This document shows positions 11,301 through 23,400 of a DNA stretch of 64,000 nucleotides, piece by piece (within the stretch, counting starts at the first letter, position 1; each line of letters begins with the position of its first letter). The DNA is from Klebsormidium nitens (Eukaryota; Plantae; Klebsormidiophyceae), in the NCBI GenBank assembly GCA_000708835.1, contig DF237146.1:62001-126000 (forward strand), given 5' to 3'. The translations under genes and the position numbers were made by a program. The notes beneath the pieces were generated by a model. That model did not search any database, had not been told where the DNA came from, and worked only from the letters and a program-made list of their open reading frames with translations.

Positions 11301-13775
11301 GATCAGCCTTTGACGTCGAACGGCTCGGCCCATGCGCGCAGACTACGCAACGCGCTATTCTGAGAGAACAATCAGCTGTTTAAAAGGCGTCACGAGTTGA
11401 CGAACGTTAGGATCAGTACTGACTCTGCGCTCAAGGAGTCGCTTGCAACTGACACAATTGCCCCATGAAAGCTCTTCATATTGAGGTAGCGTGCTTCTTA
11501 TGTCGAACAGAAGCACGTTCGGAGGGGTCATATGAACGCCCGAGCCCTGGGTGTCGAATCTAAAAGCATGGACATCAACCTATGTTCGATCCAGTACGAG
11601 ACCAAGAAAGAATCATCCCTCAGGTCAATCGTTTGTGCTTCGATTTCATCCAAAGAGCAGTCATCTCTTGAACAGGCGACCCCAGCCCCTGAACACAAAT
11701 TGCCTTAACGAATTCAGAGGTCCCCGTATACAGATCTTACTGGAGCAGACAGCTTGGCTTCGAAGCGATGAATGCAAAAGGCGTCACGTTCGACAAGGAA
11801 GCAACAGCAGAAGGGAACGAGTCAACAACAGATGCGAAAGCACACGTCGTTTTCAGCGGAACAAACAAAGTTTCGAACATTCAGCCCTCTCACGGGTTTG
11901 AGTATCGCACGAAGCATACCTATGTCTTCTCGGTGTATCAACGCTAATATGCGCTGGGCGTTCTCAGTGACCTTTTCAAGGGACTGGTTGCTGGCGACCG
12001 TGCTGATTCCAAGCAGATCGAGGCTGTGTGTGAATGCGGCCAGGATTATGGCCATCGCGTCGTCGTGCCCTGCACAAGAGCAAGTTCACACTCACTGGTC
12101 TAGTAGAGAGCTGGCCAGGTCCCAACAGGGTGTGAATATGGCCATGATAGGTGCAAGAAACTTTATGCGCAGCGGCGAGATATGAGTTTTACTGAACCGA
12201 GCTTGAAAGCAAACGGTCAAACTGGTTATACTAGAAATGACTTGTTGGTGCACCCTTACACATGGATTCAGAGGAGGCAGAGAAGATGCTGTGAGCAGAC
12301 GGAAGCTCATATCTCACTACAGGCAGACCTAAAGCACAGAACGTGGACGCATGCTCCCATGAGAGGCCCAAGGAGGAGAGCAAAAGGTATATTGAGATTT
12401 CTAAGTTCAGTGATCAGGATTGAGGGACTCCTAGAAAGTCGTGTTTCAGCGACAAAATAGAACCTGCACTGGCGCCCCTAAGAAACGTCCTAAAACCATT
12501 CACTCTTTAACGTTCTGAGAATTAGACACAGCTTGCCTTGTCGTTACTAAGCATCTTAAGGCTCATTTCGTACCATTCAAATGTAATCAGATAAGACCGT
12601 TTAAAGATCAGAATCTCCTCCCGAGGCCATGCAGGTTTGGGGGCGTCGCTTTCCTTCCAACTTTCCCAACTATGCTTTGGTTTCCTACCTGGGTCACAGT
12701 CCAGCCACACCGCCTTCTTCTGCTGTACCGGCTCCCCCCTCAGTAACCAATCGATCGCACTCGCCGGCTGCGCGATCCGCACCTCCGCCGCTGTCCTCAG
12801 CGCGAGCCGCTTATCTTTCCCCTCCCTCTGCGCCGCCACCTCCTTGCAGTGCTCGCAGTCCCGGCAGTAGTTCTTCAGGTCTTCCACCTGTGTCTTCCAC
12901 CAGAACCGGTCGACAATGCGCTGACGTGTTACGAAATGACTCGGGTGACCCCCCTCGTCGTGCACCGACTTGAGCACTTGGACTCGCTGCGCCGAACTTA
13001 ACACCAAAAGCTTAACCACCGCCTGTTGCCCCTCCTCGTTCAGCTTTCGCTTTACCTGCCGGTAGCGGATCAGCCGCCCCCCCTGGACGTCGAAGATCGC
13101 CGCCTTATCTCGGATGTTCCGCCGCTTATCCTTCCGCTGCGCCACCGATAACTCCTTAAACTCAGGCAAGTTATTGAACAATAAAAAGTCCACTACTTCC
13201 TTGTCAGCCAGCAACTCCTCAGGGGGGGGCGCAGGGAACCTCTCGAAATCCGCCTCAGTCAGAAGAAACTTATCTACCGCAGCAGCCCCGCCCTCGTCCT
13301 CCTGCCGTTCTGGGGGGGCTTCTAAATCCGGGTTACTATTCAGGTTTGGGTTTGGGTTTGGGGTTGGTGACCCGCCCCGCGCTGCAGCCGCCGGCGTCTC
13401 CTCCACCCCATCCCGCAAAAACCGCAGACGTTCATACCTGGTGCCTCGGGGCAATTCCCCTGAAGGGGGGTCACTTGCAGCGTTCCCTTCCTGAGGCCGG
13501 GGGGGTGTTGCAGCAGCCCTAGCTGTGCCCCCCCCTCCAGCTGCCGCCCTGGCTGGCCCCCCCTCGGCTGCTGTTCTCGTGCTCTCTCTCAGACGTTCCT
13601 GCGCTTGCTGTAGCTGCAAAAGAAGGGCCTGACGTTCCGCAGACGGCGGAGGGGGCAGCCGTGCAAATTCAGAGGGGTGGGGGAGCTCTTCTAGGTTTGG
13701 AGCGGCGGTCGATCTGAGCCGTTGGCTGCTCCTCGGAGGGGCTAGAAAGCCGTCCATTTGCGTTCCAGCCTCCAT
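5371..13775 (-). CDS. Inosine/uridine-preferring nucleoside hydrolase with a long N-terminal extension containing an integrase H2C2 zinc-binding domain (predicted 687 aa, 11 exons)
   Basis: Exons 13775-12689, 12069-11920, 10999-10834, 10454-10352, 9569-9557, 9139-9087, 8838-8773, 8354-8276, 6765-6650, 6020-5982 and 5562-5371. All introns are GT-AG and the total of 2064 nt is in frame. IU-NH motifs: WLDCDPGHDDAMAIILAA, EIHGESGLDG, VATGALTNIA, MGG...GN...EFNIQCDPEAA, PPLHDPCAVAY, SAGQTVVD. The start codon (ATG 13775 or 13757) is uncertain. Confidence 0.9.
6745..7160 (-). repeat. Four serial, progressively degenerate copies of a 3' splice-site module
   Basis: AGAACTCGAGC(A/G)GGTGGCAGACTGCGAGGAGG at 6745-6776 (true acceptor) and 6891-6922. 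Weaker GA(T/TT)GCGAGGA copies lie at about 6987 and 7143. Most copies have a (C/G)TGAC branch-point-like motif upstream on the minus strand. Confidence 0.75.
12843..13200 (-). mobile_element. Ty3/Gypsy-like integrase N-terminal (H2C2) domain relic embedded in exon 1 of the nucleoside hydrolase
   Basis: Translation EVVDFLLFNNLP...KRRNIRDKAAIFDVQGGRL...LLVLSSAQRVQVLKSVHDEGGHPSHFVTRQRIVDRFWWKTQVEDLKNYCRDCEHCK fits the H-x4-H...W...D...Y-x2-C-x2-C pattern of the integrase zinc-binding family (PF17921-type). No DDE core, RT or LTR is seen nearby. Confidence 0.8.
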
Positions 13776-14484
13776 GGAATAGTTCTGAGGAGGTATCTCT
13801 CCCAAGTCAGTAAGAGGTCTTGCCTTCAGTGCATTGGATGCATTCTCTCTTCTCCAAATGAAACAAAGTCAGGCAGCTACCATAGAATGCAGGAGAATGT
13901 TGGGGCTGTGTTTGCCAGACGGAACGTGTAGGGCTCATATGCCGGCTTCACAACTCAATGTGCTCTTGAAATTGACTCGAAGATGTAAACAGTACAGAGA
14001 ATATCAGCGAGCGCCAGAGAATTTTAGCTAGAAAGCCTGCAAATCAAGCATCCGAGTTCAAGCCTCCATGAAACAGTTTCTACATACACTCAGAAACCAA
14101 AACTTTTGAAGGACTGTAGTTTTCCGCAGAATGCCTTTCCAACCACACGATAGGAACATTCACAGACTTTCAACGGTTCGTATCAGTAGTCCGAAGAAAC
14201 TTACGAATTAAGCGAGAAAGAACCAGCCTAGTTGCAGATGCAGCCCGCCTTTCTTTTCAAACAACCAGGCTTGCATGAATTTTGAACAGGCCTGTTTTGG
14301 AGCATGCTGGCAGCCGCCTTCTTCCTCCTCTCATTGGTAGAACAATCTTCTGCGGACCTGCGTGTCTGGACCTCGAGCTGCAGGCACCTCGAGTCAGCTG
14401 TGGCTTCGTTAGGTGATCCATCTCATAGACGGCAGATGCATGTGAGGCAGCTGCAGTTTCCATCTGCAAGCATTGTCTGCCAAC

Positions 14485-17400
14485 ATGGAGAGTCGACCGC
14501 GGCGCGAGATCAAACTGCCTGCAAAGTTCAAAGAGGAGGAAGGAGCAGCACTGGGGAAGAAGAAAGCTTCAAAGGATGCCGAAGACGAGCCCGTGGTCTA
14601 CTGCATATGCAGGAAGCCATACAAGGAAGGGGACTTCATGATCCATTGTGATAAATGCAAGGAATGGTTCCATGGGAATTGCGTGAAGGTCACTCAAAGG
14701 GTAAGTTGACAAAGAGCTTGTTTGAGGTAGTGTGTTGTGTGTTAAGTGGCCGGACTCAATGTGCAGGCAATGAATGGTTATGGAAGATCTTCTAGAGGTT
14801 ACATCACTAACAGCACATCGGACAAAGCACTCTGTCGTATCAATGCATCAGCTCTTCCTACTCCATCAATTGTTAGAACAGTTTTACCAGCTCTTTTTGG
14901 GTCACTGCCTTCTAATTGCTGATTTTTCCTTCTTACCTCTTATTGCCAATAGATTCATGCAGATTGGTAAAACGAGCAAAATTGCTCGTGAATTTTCTGG
15001 AAAACTTTTGTCAAGTAATGCATGTTGCACTTTTGCTTCTTCTGCTGTTTACCCCCCCTTTGTTTTGATGCTCACTCAGGCAAAGCATCGCTGGTTGACA
15101 CAAACATATACTGACATTTTAGCCCTCATTTAGTTGGCCAGAAGATCAGTATTTGTATGCATGATCTTGCTTATGAACTGACCTGCCTCTAAAGGTAAAT
15201 GCACAGGGGCTGCAAAAGCAGATCAACAAGATAATGAAACAGCCCGGCCTGCAATGCATCCGGAAAGAAGCGCAAAGCTGTCTGTCTATAATCATGCACT
15301 TTTGAGAGAGGAAGTTCCAGCATTACCTTCACTGGGTCTCTTATCAAGTTGCCATCCTGTTTTTACCACAAAGCTACACCTTGCTTCAGATGATTCTGAC
15401 TGATCGGTGATTACGGACACACCTTCTTGACAAAATGCATTCATTCCGTCTCTAAGATGTACAATGAAGCTTCCTTCTTATAGGCAGAAAGGTAATGGAA
15501 GAATGCTGTTGCAGGATTGGTCATAATGTTTGGAGCTACACCTAATGCACCTAGTGAAGCCTACTGATCATCTGTCCTTTCAATCAGAACTGCCGGTATT
15601 AAGATTTGAGCAGTGGCGCCATCCATCTTATTGAAACTGGTTGGAAGGATGTCCCATGTGGAATATTTTTTATGCAGGAGGCGGCCAAAATAAAGAAGTA
15701 TGTATGCCCGACGTGTTCCAAGGAGGAGACCCCTGCAGGTAAAGCTGCAATTCTCCATCCTTTTGTGCATGGTGTAGCCTAGCTTTTGAAGATTGCAGTT
15801 GGTCCAATCTAGGAAATTTCAGATTCAGCAAACTCTCTTCGCAATCTTGTGATGTGGCGATTAACTGGCTGCATGGCTTGATGCTTGCGCCTCAGCAAGA
15901 GCAATGCACAGCATAAAGGTGAAGAGGTACAATTCCATAAACACCACGCTTGCTTGGTATAAGGCTTGCTAGCAGAACACCAGGCAAAGATGGGGAGAAC
16001 CTGAGTCCTCATGTTCATTTGTGTTCATTCTGGGAATCACTTCCTTGCTTGGTCACATCAGCACCGATTCCTTCAATCAGACGGAGAGAGGGGAAGCACC
16101 TTAGCTTTCCGTTCAAGGGCGCTTAACAACAAAACCCTAAACCCCTGGATTTTTGAAGACACCACGTTCGCGCATGCAGTGGTTCCTTTGGCCTTGGAGG
16201 AACCGTCCAAGATCCCCAAGAAACATCGATCATTGGAAACTGCCAAGGGGGATAAAGCGCAACCAGCGGCTGCAGCCAAGGCTGAGGAAGCCAAGCCATC
16301 AAAAGCACCTGCGGGTACGAAGTCGTCTGGGGCGGAGTCAAAAACTTCCAAAGCTGCAGAGGCGGCCAAAGAAACAATGGCAGTGAAGCCGAACGAGAAG
16401 ACCGGGAATGGCACGGAACCAAAGGAAAAGGGGAAAACTGCAAAGCGAAAGGTGCCACAGGGCGCTGCCAAGGGGGCAGAGAAGGCGGAGAACAAGGAGC
16501 AGGGGGCGGAGAAAGTCAAGGGGGAGGACAAGGAGCAGGAGAGTAAAGAAGAGAAGGAGGAAAAAGAGGGGCAGGAGGGGAAAGAGGCAACAGAGGGGAA
16601 GGAGCGGAAGGAGGGGGCAGCCCCAGTGAAGGCAAGGCCGAAGAAAGAAGACCTCGTGTGCAGTGCGTGCAGAAACGTGAGTCAACATGCTTCTACCTCT
16701 GCCCCAGCAATCCAGATACCTCCTTGTTATCTCGCCTCCTGCTTTATCGTAATGCGCCGTTCGTTACTTCCTGACTAGGATTATTCGAAGATGCTTACAA
16801 ATAAGTGGCGCTGGAACTTGGTATGATTAGTCAGCTTCGTCTTTCCACATTTGAGATAGGCCCCTGATGACATGCTTTGGTTCACAACTTGGGGCGCCTA
16901 GATCGGGTTTGTGTCATTTTCAATGGCTCAGTTTATGGTATTATTGGATTGCTCGACAATGGGAGTGCATGACACTAACTTTTCAGACGGTTTCGGGCTT
17001 GTGTGCTCAAGTTGTCTCAATGCAGGCAACCAGGTCGACTCGACCGCTTCAGCTGATAGTGTTTAGTTTGCTGTTACTGCTGTTCCAGACCTCAATTTCT
17101 GGAACAGTCTCAAAAGCTTGCGTATTTAGCCTTTGCTGGATGGTGGATTTATAAACGTTCCCTCACATCTCCATACTGCAGAAGGGCCACATCCGGACGC
17201 ATCGGGAGTGCCCCCTGTTCGGACAGCTGCCAAGCCCCTCAAATGGCAAGAAGGCCGGAAGCGCTGTTGCAGCTGATCAGAAGCCTGCTGGCGGAGGTGC
17301 CCCCAAAAGTGAAAAGCACAAGGAGGTCGTAGTGCCCAGCGATGAGGACGAGCCAATCCTGGCACGAAAGAAACCGGCACCGTCACCAAAGGTGAGAAAG

Positions 17401-20400
17401 AGCTGACGCCTCTACTCCATTCTGGCGCGTCATCCAAAGTGATGCAGCTTGCCTTAAAGCAACGGCTTCTGACCTTGTTGCAGAAGGATGTGTTCAATTT
17501 TTCAACGGAGGAAAATTCATATGTCCATGCTCTGACAACTGATGTTGGCTAAGCATTGGGCCAGGGTTGATTCATCATATCTCGGTCTTTTGAATCTCAA
17601 TATTTGCATGCTTCCCTCCCCTGTGCTTTTCAATTCATGAAATTTGTAGGGCAAGAGTTCCGGGTGGACTGTCAAGACTTTGTTCTGCTTGCAAAAGTCT
17701 GGACCTCTAGAAACTATCACAAAACACACTGTCCAAGATTGACGCGCTGTTCTTACAAGGGGCGCCGATCATCATTGATTTTGTAAGAGTCTCTACTCAG
17801 TGCCCCGGAAATTGTGAAATCTATCGCAGCCTCAATTGACGCATTGTTCCACATGTAAAGTCACCGCTTCATGTGGCTACAGGTTGCTGTGGACGCCTAC
17901 CAATCAAATAAGTCAGATTAAGAATGCTCCAAATACAAGCTTTGCAACAGATTGTACTGCGCTTTATATTCATATGACCGACGTCTGTCTCACTCAGGCG
18001 CCTTCTACAAGCGCCGCCCCCCCAGCTTCTGCGCCTGCCACGAAGGATGATCCCCCCGCCACAGACGACGACGATCATGCACATATGCTGCATCCCGTCA
18101 ACACGAGCAGCCACTTTGACACTGGAGCAGCGCTCCTGGTCGCACCAGACAAACCGCCCGCAACCCTGGAGGCGGAAAAGACCGCGCCAGCGGAGGCAAA
18201 GGCCAAAGCCCCCAGTGCAAAACCGCAGGTGAGGAGCCGGCTGGCACTTTGCTTTACGCAATGGATAGATTGTGTTGCAAGCAAACTGGAAGTGCCATGC
18301 TTGGAGGTACTAGGAAGTCTCACGCTGCTCCCAATCAAATCCAAGTAATGGATGGTTTGCCCATCAAATTGTTAAAACGATTGGATCTTCTTGTCTCCAG
18401 CTTGGTTTGCACAGCCAGCCCCTAGCCAAGTAGACAGAGATCATCTGTAACGGCTTGGTCAACTGCTCAATAAAATCGAGCAGTAAGGATGCAAACATTG
18501 GAAATTCTTCCAAAAGGTACCGTGACTGCTTATAGAAGGGTATATAGACGAGTAAGGAAGCCAGACAAGAAGATTATCAAGCCTTTCCTAGCTCCTTCCT
18601 TCTGACAACTTCAGCCGTTGAACCGCATAAGGTAGAAGCAGTCCCGCATGTCGACTCCCCTCCTCTCCTCTCTGCAGAAGCGGAAGCAGCCTCTCTGACG
18701 AGGGGCTGCGCAGGGAGGCACTGTAGAGTAGAAGACAAGCCGTTCGCCCTGTAGGTCTAGTTCTGTAGAATAATTGCCAGCTGGGGGCATTTTCCATTTC
18801 CTAGGGGACAGCTTTAAGTAAGCAACGAGGTAATAAGGTCAACAAGGGCCACTTTATTAAGGGCCGCCAGGAGCCCCGTCATGAAACAGGCCGAAATCTA
18901 AAATCGATCTTGTACGTGTAGGCGGCTCTTTCGGGGGAGAAAAGAAAGATGGAGGTGGGCTTAGAAGGGGCGGAAAGGGCCTCGTCGGATGCCAAGAAGG
19001 CCCGTCCGCTGATCCCACCCCTGGAGGCGGCGTCCAAGCATAGCAGGCAAGGTGTGGCAGAGCCCCGGACCGTAAAAACGCCCGAGTCGGCTCCGTCGGG
19101 TCCCGTTCCGGAGACCCCTAGGACGCCCAAGTCTCCAGCTAGACAGCCAGGCCCTGAGAGTCCAAGGAGAGCGCATGAGGGAGCGCAGGGTGCAGGGGCG
19201 GTTGTGCTCGGGCCGCCAAAGATCGAGCCGCCGAAGAGCGAGAAGAAAGAACAGCCTCCTTCGGTGGGCAGGCAGGAGAGCAGCAAAGGGGCGAAGCGGG
19301 GTTGGGAGGAGATGGAGGGTAAAGCCGGGGGAGTGAAGAAGGGGGGGTTTGATCAGGCTCATGCGGACTATAAAGCGAGAATGGCGTTCAGGAACTCTCT
19401 GGCGGGTGCTCTAGCTACAGACGCGAAGGAAGGGGGTGCGGGACCCCAGCCTCCGACGCCGAAACGTGGGGGCGACGGAAGCCAAGCGGGGACCCCAAAG
19501 CCAGGCAACGCTGCAGAAACGCAGCGTGAAACAGAGGGCATGGCGGGGCTGGCAGAAACGAGCGGGGTTGCAAAGGCGGATCACGTAGAGGGCCCTGGTA
19601 GGGAGGGGAGCGGGGTAAAGAACGAAGGCACCAGCGGGGGCGTCAACAAAAGCGACGGTGGATCCGGTCTGGCTGTGCTGGCCGCAGGCGGTGAGGTCTC
19701 AGCCCTAGGGGTCCCTGGAGCTGGAGCGATGGAGAAAGCCCCGCTAAGCGAGCCCCCTGGCAAAGCGGAAGAGGGAGACGGATCAAAACCTGAGAGCACG
19801 GAAATGGGGACCGGTCCAGGGACAGAAAAGGCGGCTGGTCTGCAAAGCGTAGGTGCGGCAGCTTTGGGCGGGCCTTCGGGCGAGCACACCCTAGGGAAAT
19901 TCAAGCCGGATCTGGGAGGGCAAATCGAGGGGCCAACAGCGGCTACTGAAGATGTCACAGACAAGAGCGGTGCGGCCGCTCTAGATGAGGCGAGCCTTTT
20001 GCGGCTGGCGGAGGAGGTGGCGGGGGAGATTGAGGCGGCGCTCTATGCGCACTTTGGGGGAACTGGAAACCCGTACCGCCAGCAGACCCGCATGCTGGTC
20101 TTCAATCTGAAGAACAACCCGGAGCTCCGGTCGAGGGTGCTGGCGAAAGAGGTCGCGCCAAAGCAGCTGTGCACGGCGACTTCAGACGAGGTGCGTTGAC
20201 CGCCCGTTTCTTTGCAGGATCGTATGTTTTTCGTTTTTGAACCATCCAAGCGGATCGGGTCTTACCCAAGCAATCCTTCAAGTCGTGTTTGGGATCAGTT
20301 TTGAGATGAGTGTCCTGCTGTGATCGTTGCTCACAATTCAACTCTCTTTTCTTTTCTGCTTTCGATCACTATACTCGAGAAGGCCACGTACAAAGATGCC

Positions 20401-23400
20401 GGCCTTCAATGATCTTGCTTTGAAATCAAGAACAGCTGCTGTGTATGGACTCCGCGCTGCGAAAGTTCGCACAGAGATGTCGGCGCCAGAGGCATGGCGC
20501 AGAAGAGTGAACAGGTTTGAAAGCGTCATTCAACGAACGGGAAAAGTTGTTGCGTGTGTAAAGACCACTCCAAGCCCCAACGTGCTGCAGAAGGTAGTCT
20601 TTGCACCTCGCTATACTTGAATAGACTTGTGAAGACAACAACTTAAAATATGCAGAATGTCTTGTCTCGATTCTCCAAGTTCAAGCAAAGCAGTATGTCA
20701 GATAGATGGGCTCAAGAGGCCTCACGGATGTGGAACTCCTGCAGTTCTGGCCGTCGAGACCAATCAGGAACGAAACGAGCGGCCACGGAGATAAATTGGC
20801 TCCTCGCATTCACAATTCACTTCTCGCTGCCAGCTGGCGCGTAAGGAGCTGTCGGACTGGCGCCACGCCAAGGAGGAGGCGCTTTCGGCGCTCAAGGTGC
20901 TGACGGAAGACCCGCTGGAGGCGCTGCGGCGCGTTCGCAAGAAGACCCACAAGGGCGAAGAGGACGTCGAGATGGACAAGGACAGGATGGCCGCAGCGAT
21001 CATGGAGGGTGACAAGGAGGCGCACGAAGTGGGGGAGAAAGAGGAGGCGGGAGGGAGAGATGCGGAAATGGAGGAGCCAGGTAGGATTTGCAGGTGTACA
21101 TTTGCGATATCCCGCTGCGTATGTTGTTGTGGTTGTTTGCTTGGTCTTGACTTGTAAAGAAGTTTGCCACCTTTCTGTTGCATGGAGAAAGTACGATGAC
21201 CAGGAGTCAGCAAGTATGTCTGAGCAATTGCCCCGAACAGAGCAACGATTGTCTAAAAGTGGCAACGTTTGCCAGAAGGAGCGTCTTAGCTGGAAACTTC
21301 GCCAATTGTCCAGCGGATTCGCGGTCCAGCTTTGTTCATCTCTGTTCCACGAGCAGTTCCTTGAGACGCGCATCTCCATGCCTAAAATGCGCTGTGGGCT
21401 TAACATAATCAGATTGTCTTGATATATCGACATATATCGCTGATTTAGCTTGATGGTGTACAACAGAAGGCGACACATAATTCTAGCAATTCTTTTCTGA
21501 CGACCTGTTGGCAGACAAGTCAGTGCAGTCCGTAAGTCAAAGCAGAGAATCACATCAGGGAACAATATGGTTTCTCTGCTTTGAGCATATTCGCTCACTT
21601 CGCTTCCACCTCTTCATCAGGTGGGGAAGAAGACGCAAAGGAGCCGCTAAAGCGCCAAAGATCCGCAGAGGGACCTACCAGGACATCAGCTGACGTTTTG
21701 GGCCAAAAGACTGGGGAGGCTTCCAACGACGGGAAACCGAAGATGAGCACAGAACCAGCTTCGTCTGGGACAGGTGGAGCCGTCAAAGAGGAACACGTCT
21801 CAGCACCGGGGCCGGCAGCTGCTTCGGACCAAGAGCAGAGTGCGGGTGCAGAAGGCGGCCCTACGGGGGAAGGGGGGCTCTCGCTTGAGGAGTATCTGGA
21901 GGCGTGCATGACCGCCGGGGGGGGGTCCGATCAGGGCAGCGAGGACGGGGGGGACGAGAAGATGGGCGAATGGGTTGCTAGCGAGGACGAGGAAGAGAAG
22001 GTGGAAGCGACAGTGAAAGAGGAGAACGTTGCGGCGGGGGGGGAGGAAGATGATAAGGGCATGGACGACTTTCTGTGGGAGGGCAACCTGATGCTTAGCG
22101 GGCGGGCGTGCCCCACGATCGCGTCGTTTGTGGGGGGGGAGCGTATGCAGATCGAGACGTGGCCGATGACCGTGGAGGTTAAGGGGCGGGTTAAGATGGC
22201 AGACTTCCGCGCGTTCATGACGAGCCCGCAGCTGTACAAGCACCGCGTCGTGATGGTCATCGGGCTCAAGTACCTGGAGGAAGCGCACGACTCCAAGAAC
22301 CATCTCGCGATCGCGAGCCAGAACTACCTCGAGGCGAACCGTGTCGGGTACGCGGAACCCGTGGCCAATCTGGAGGTCTACATCGCCCCCCCCAGAGCGG
22401 AGGGCCTCGCCGCCTTTCTCCCTTTGAAAGGAGAATGGGGGGAGTCGGGCGAGCTCTTAGCCGTGGTGGTCAAGCGCCGGTTCCCGCCTGAAGGCCCCCC
22501 CGGTTCGGAACCCCCCGCCCAGACTCAGCAGCGGCAGTCAGGGGGGCCTGCCCCTCAGGGGACTCAACCGAGGGGCCAACCGGCCGCACAGGCTGGAGGG
22601 GAGGACGTTTGGTCACCCCCGACCTCTCCGTTTGACAATCCCGGCGGACCGAAGGGCCCTCAGGCGTGGCCCACTAAGAAAGCGGAGCAGGGGCAAGGGG
22701 GAGGCTCGGGTCCGGCGGAGGCGGCGCCGATGGAACAGGATCAAGTGAGCAAGGCGATGGAGAATTGTGCAGCCCTACTTTTCCTTTTGACTTTTGGGTG
22801 GGTCATTAGTGCGGTGTTGTTTTCGAACTCTTAACATGGTGGATTGGTCTTTGGTGATTCTTTGGTGGTGTGGTACTCTGCCAAGAATGGCGCAGACTTT
22901 AATTCTGGGTCTGCCTAGGATGGCGCAGATCTGAAAAGTGGGTCTGTCTGCTGATGACCGCAGGCGAGTCGAGCATCCAATCTGGAAACTGTGACTGGTC
23001 GTTTGGAACCCGGAGGAGACTGCCCTTCACGTGGGACTAGCTTCTGACTGCAGATGGACTGTGCGTCCCTAGTTGTCGACTGAACTGAGATCTCCTGTGG
23101 CTGTTACGACCACTGGTGCAGAACCTGCGTGATAAGCCCATTTTTGGGTGCTTTGCTGCTCACCACAAATGCTCAAATTGAACGACCGCCGCTCCGTCTC
23201 AATTCATGCAGGCATCAATGCAGCGCAAGAGACGGGACCCCCGCCTGCGCGTCTTCCAGCCCCCCGCTTCCTCCCCCTCCCNNNNNNNNNNNNNNNNNNN
23301 NNNNNNNNNNNNNNNNNNNNNNNNNNNNNNNNNNNNNNNNNNNNNNNNNNNNNNNNNNNNNNNNNNNNNNNNNNNNNNNNNNNNNNNNNNNNNNNNNNNN

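Noticed and set aside
13343-13367. (TTTGGG)n telomere-like run
   Set aside because: It is coding sequence on the minus strand (PNPNPN) and not the TTTAGGG repeat.
12522-13805. 427-aa ORF as the pol gene of an autonomous LTR retrotransposon
   Set aside because: Only the H2C2 region is present. No protease, RT, RNase H, DDE core, LTRs or PBS were seen, and the ORF splices into the hydrolase at 12689. The 13805 start is a TTG.
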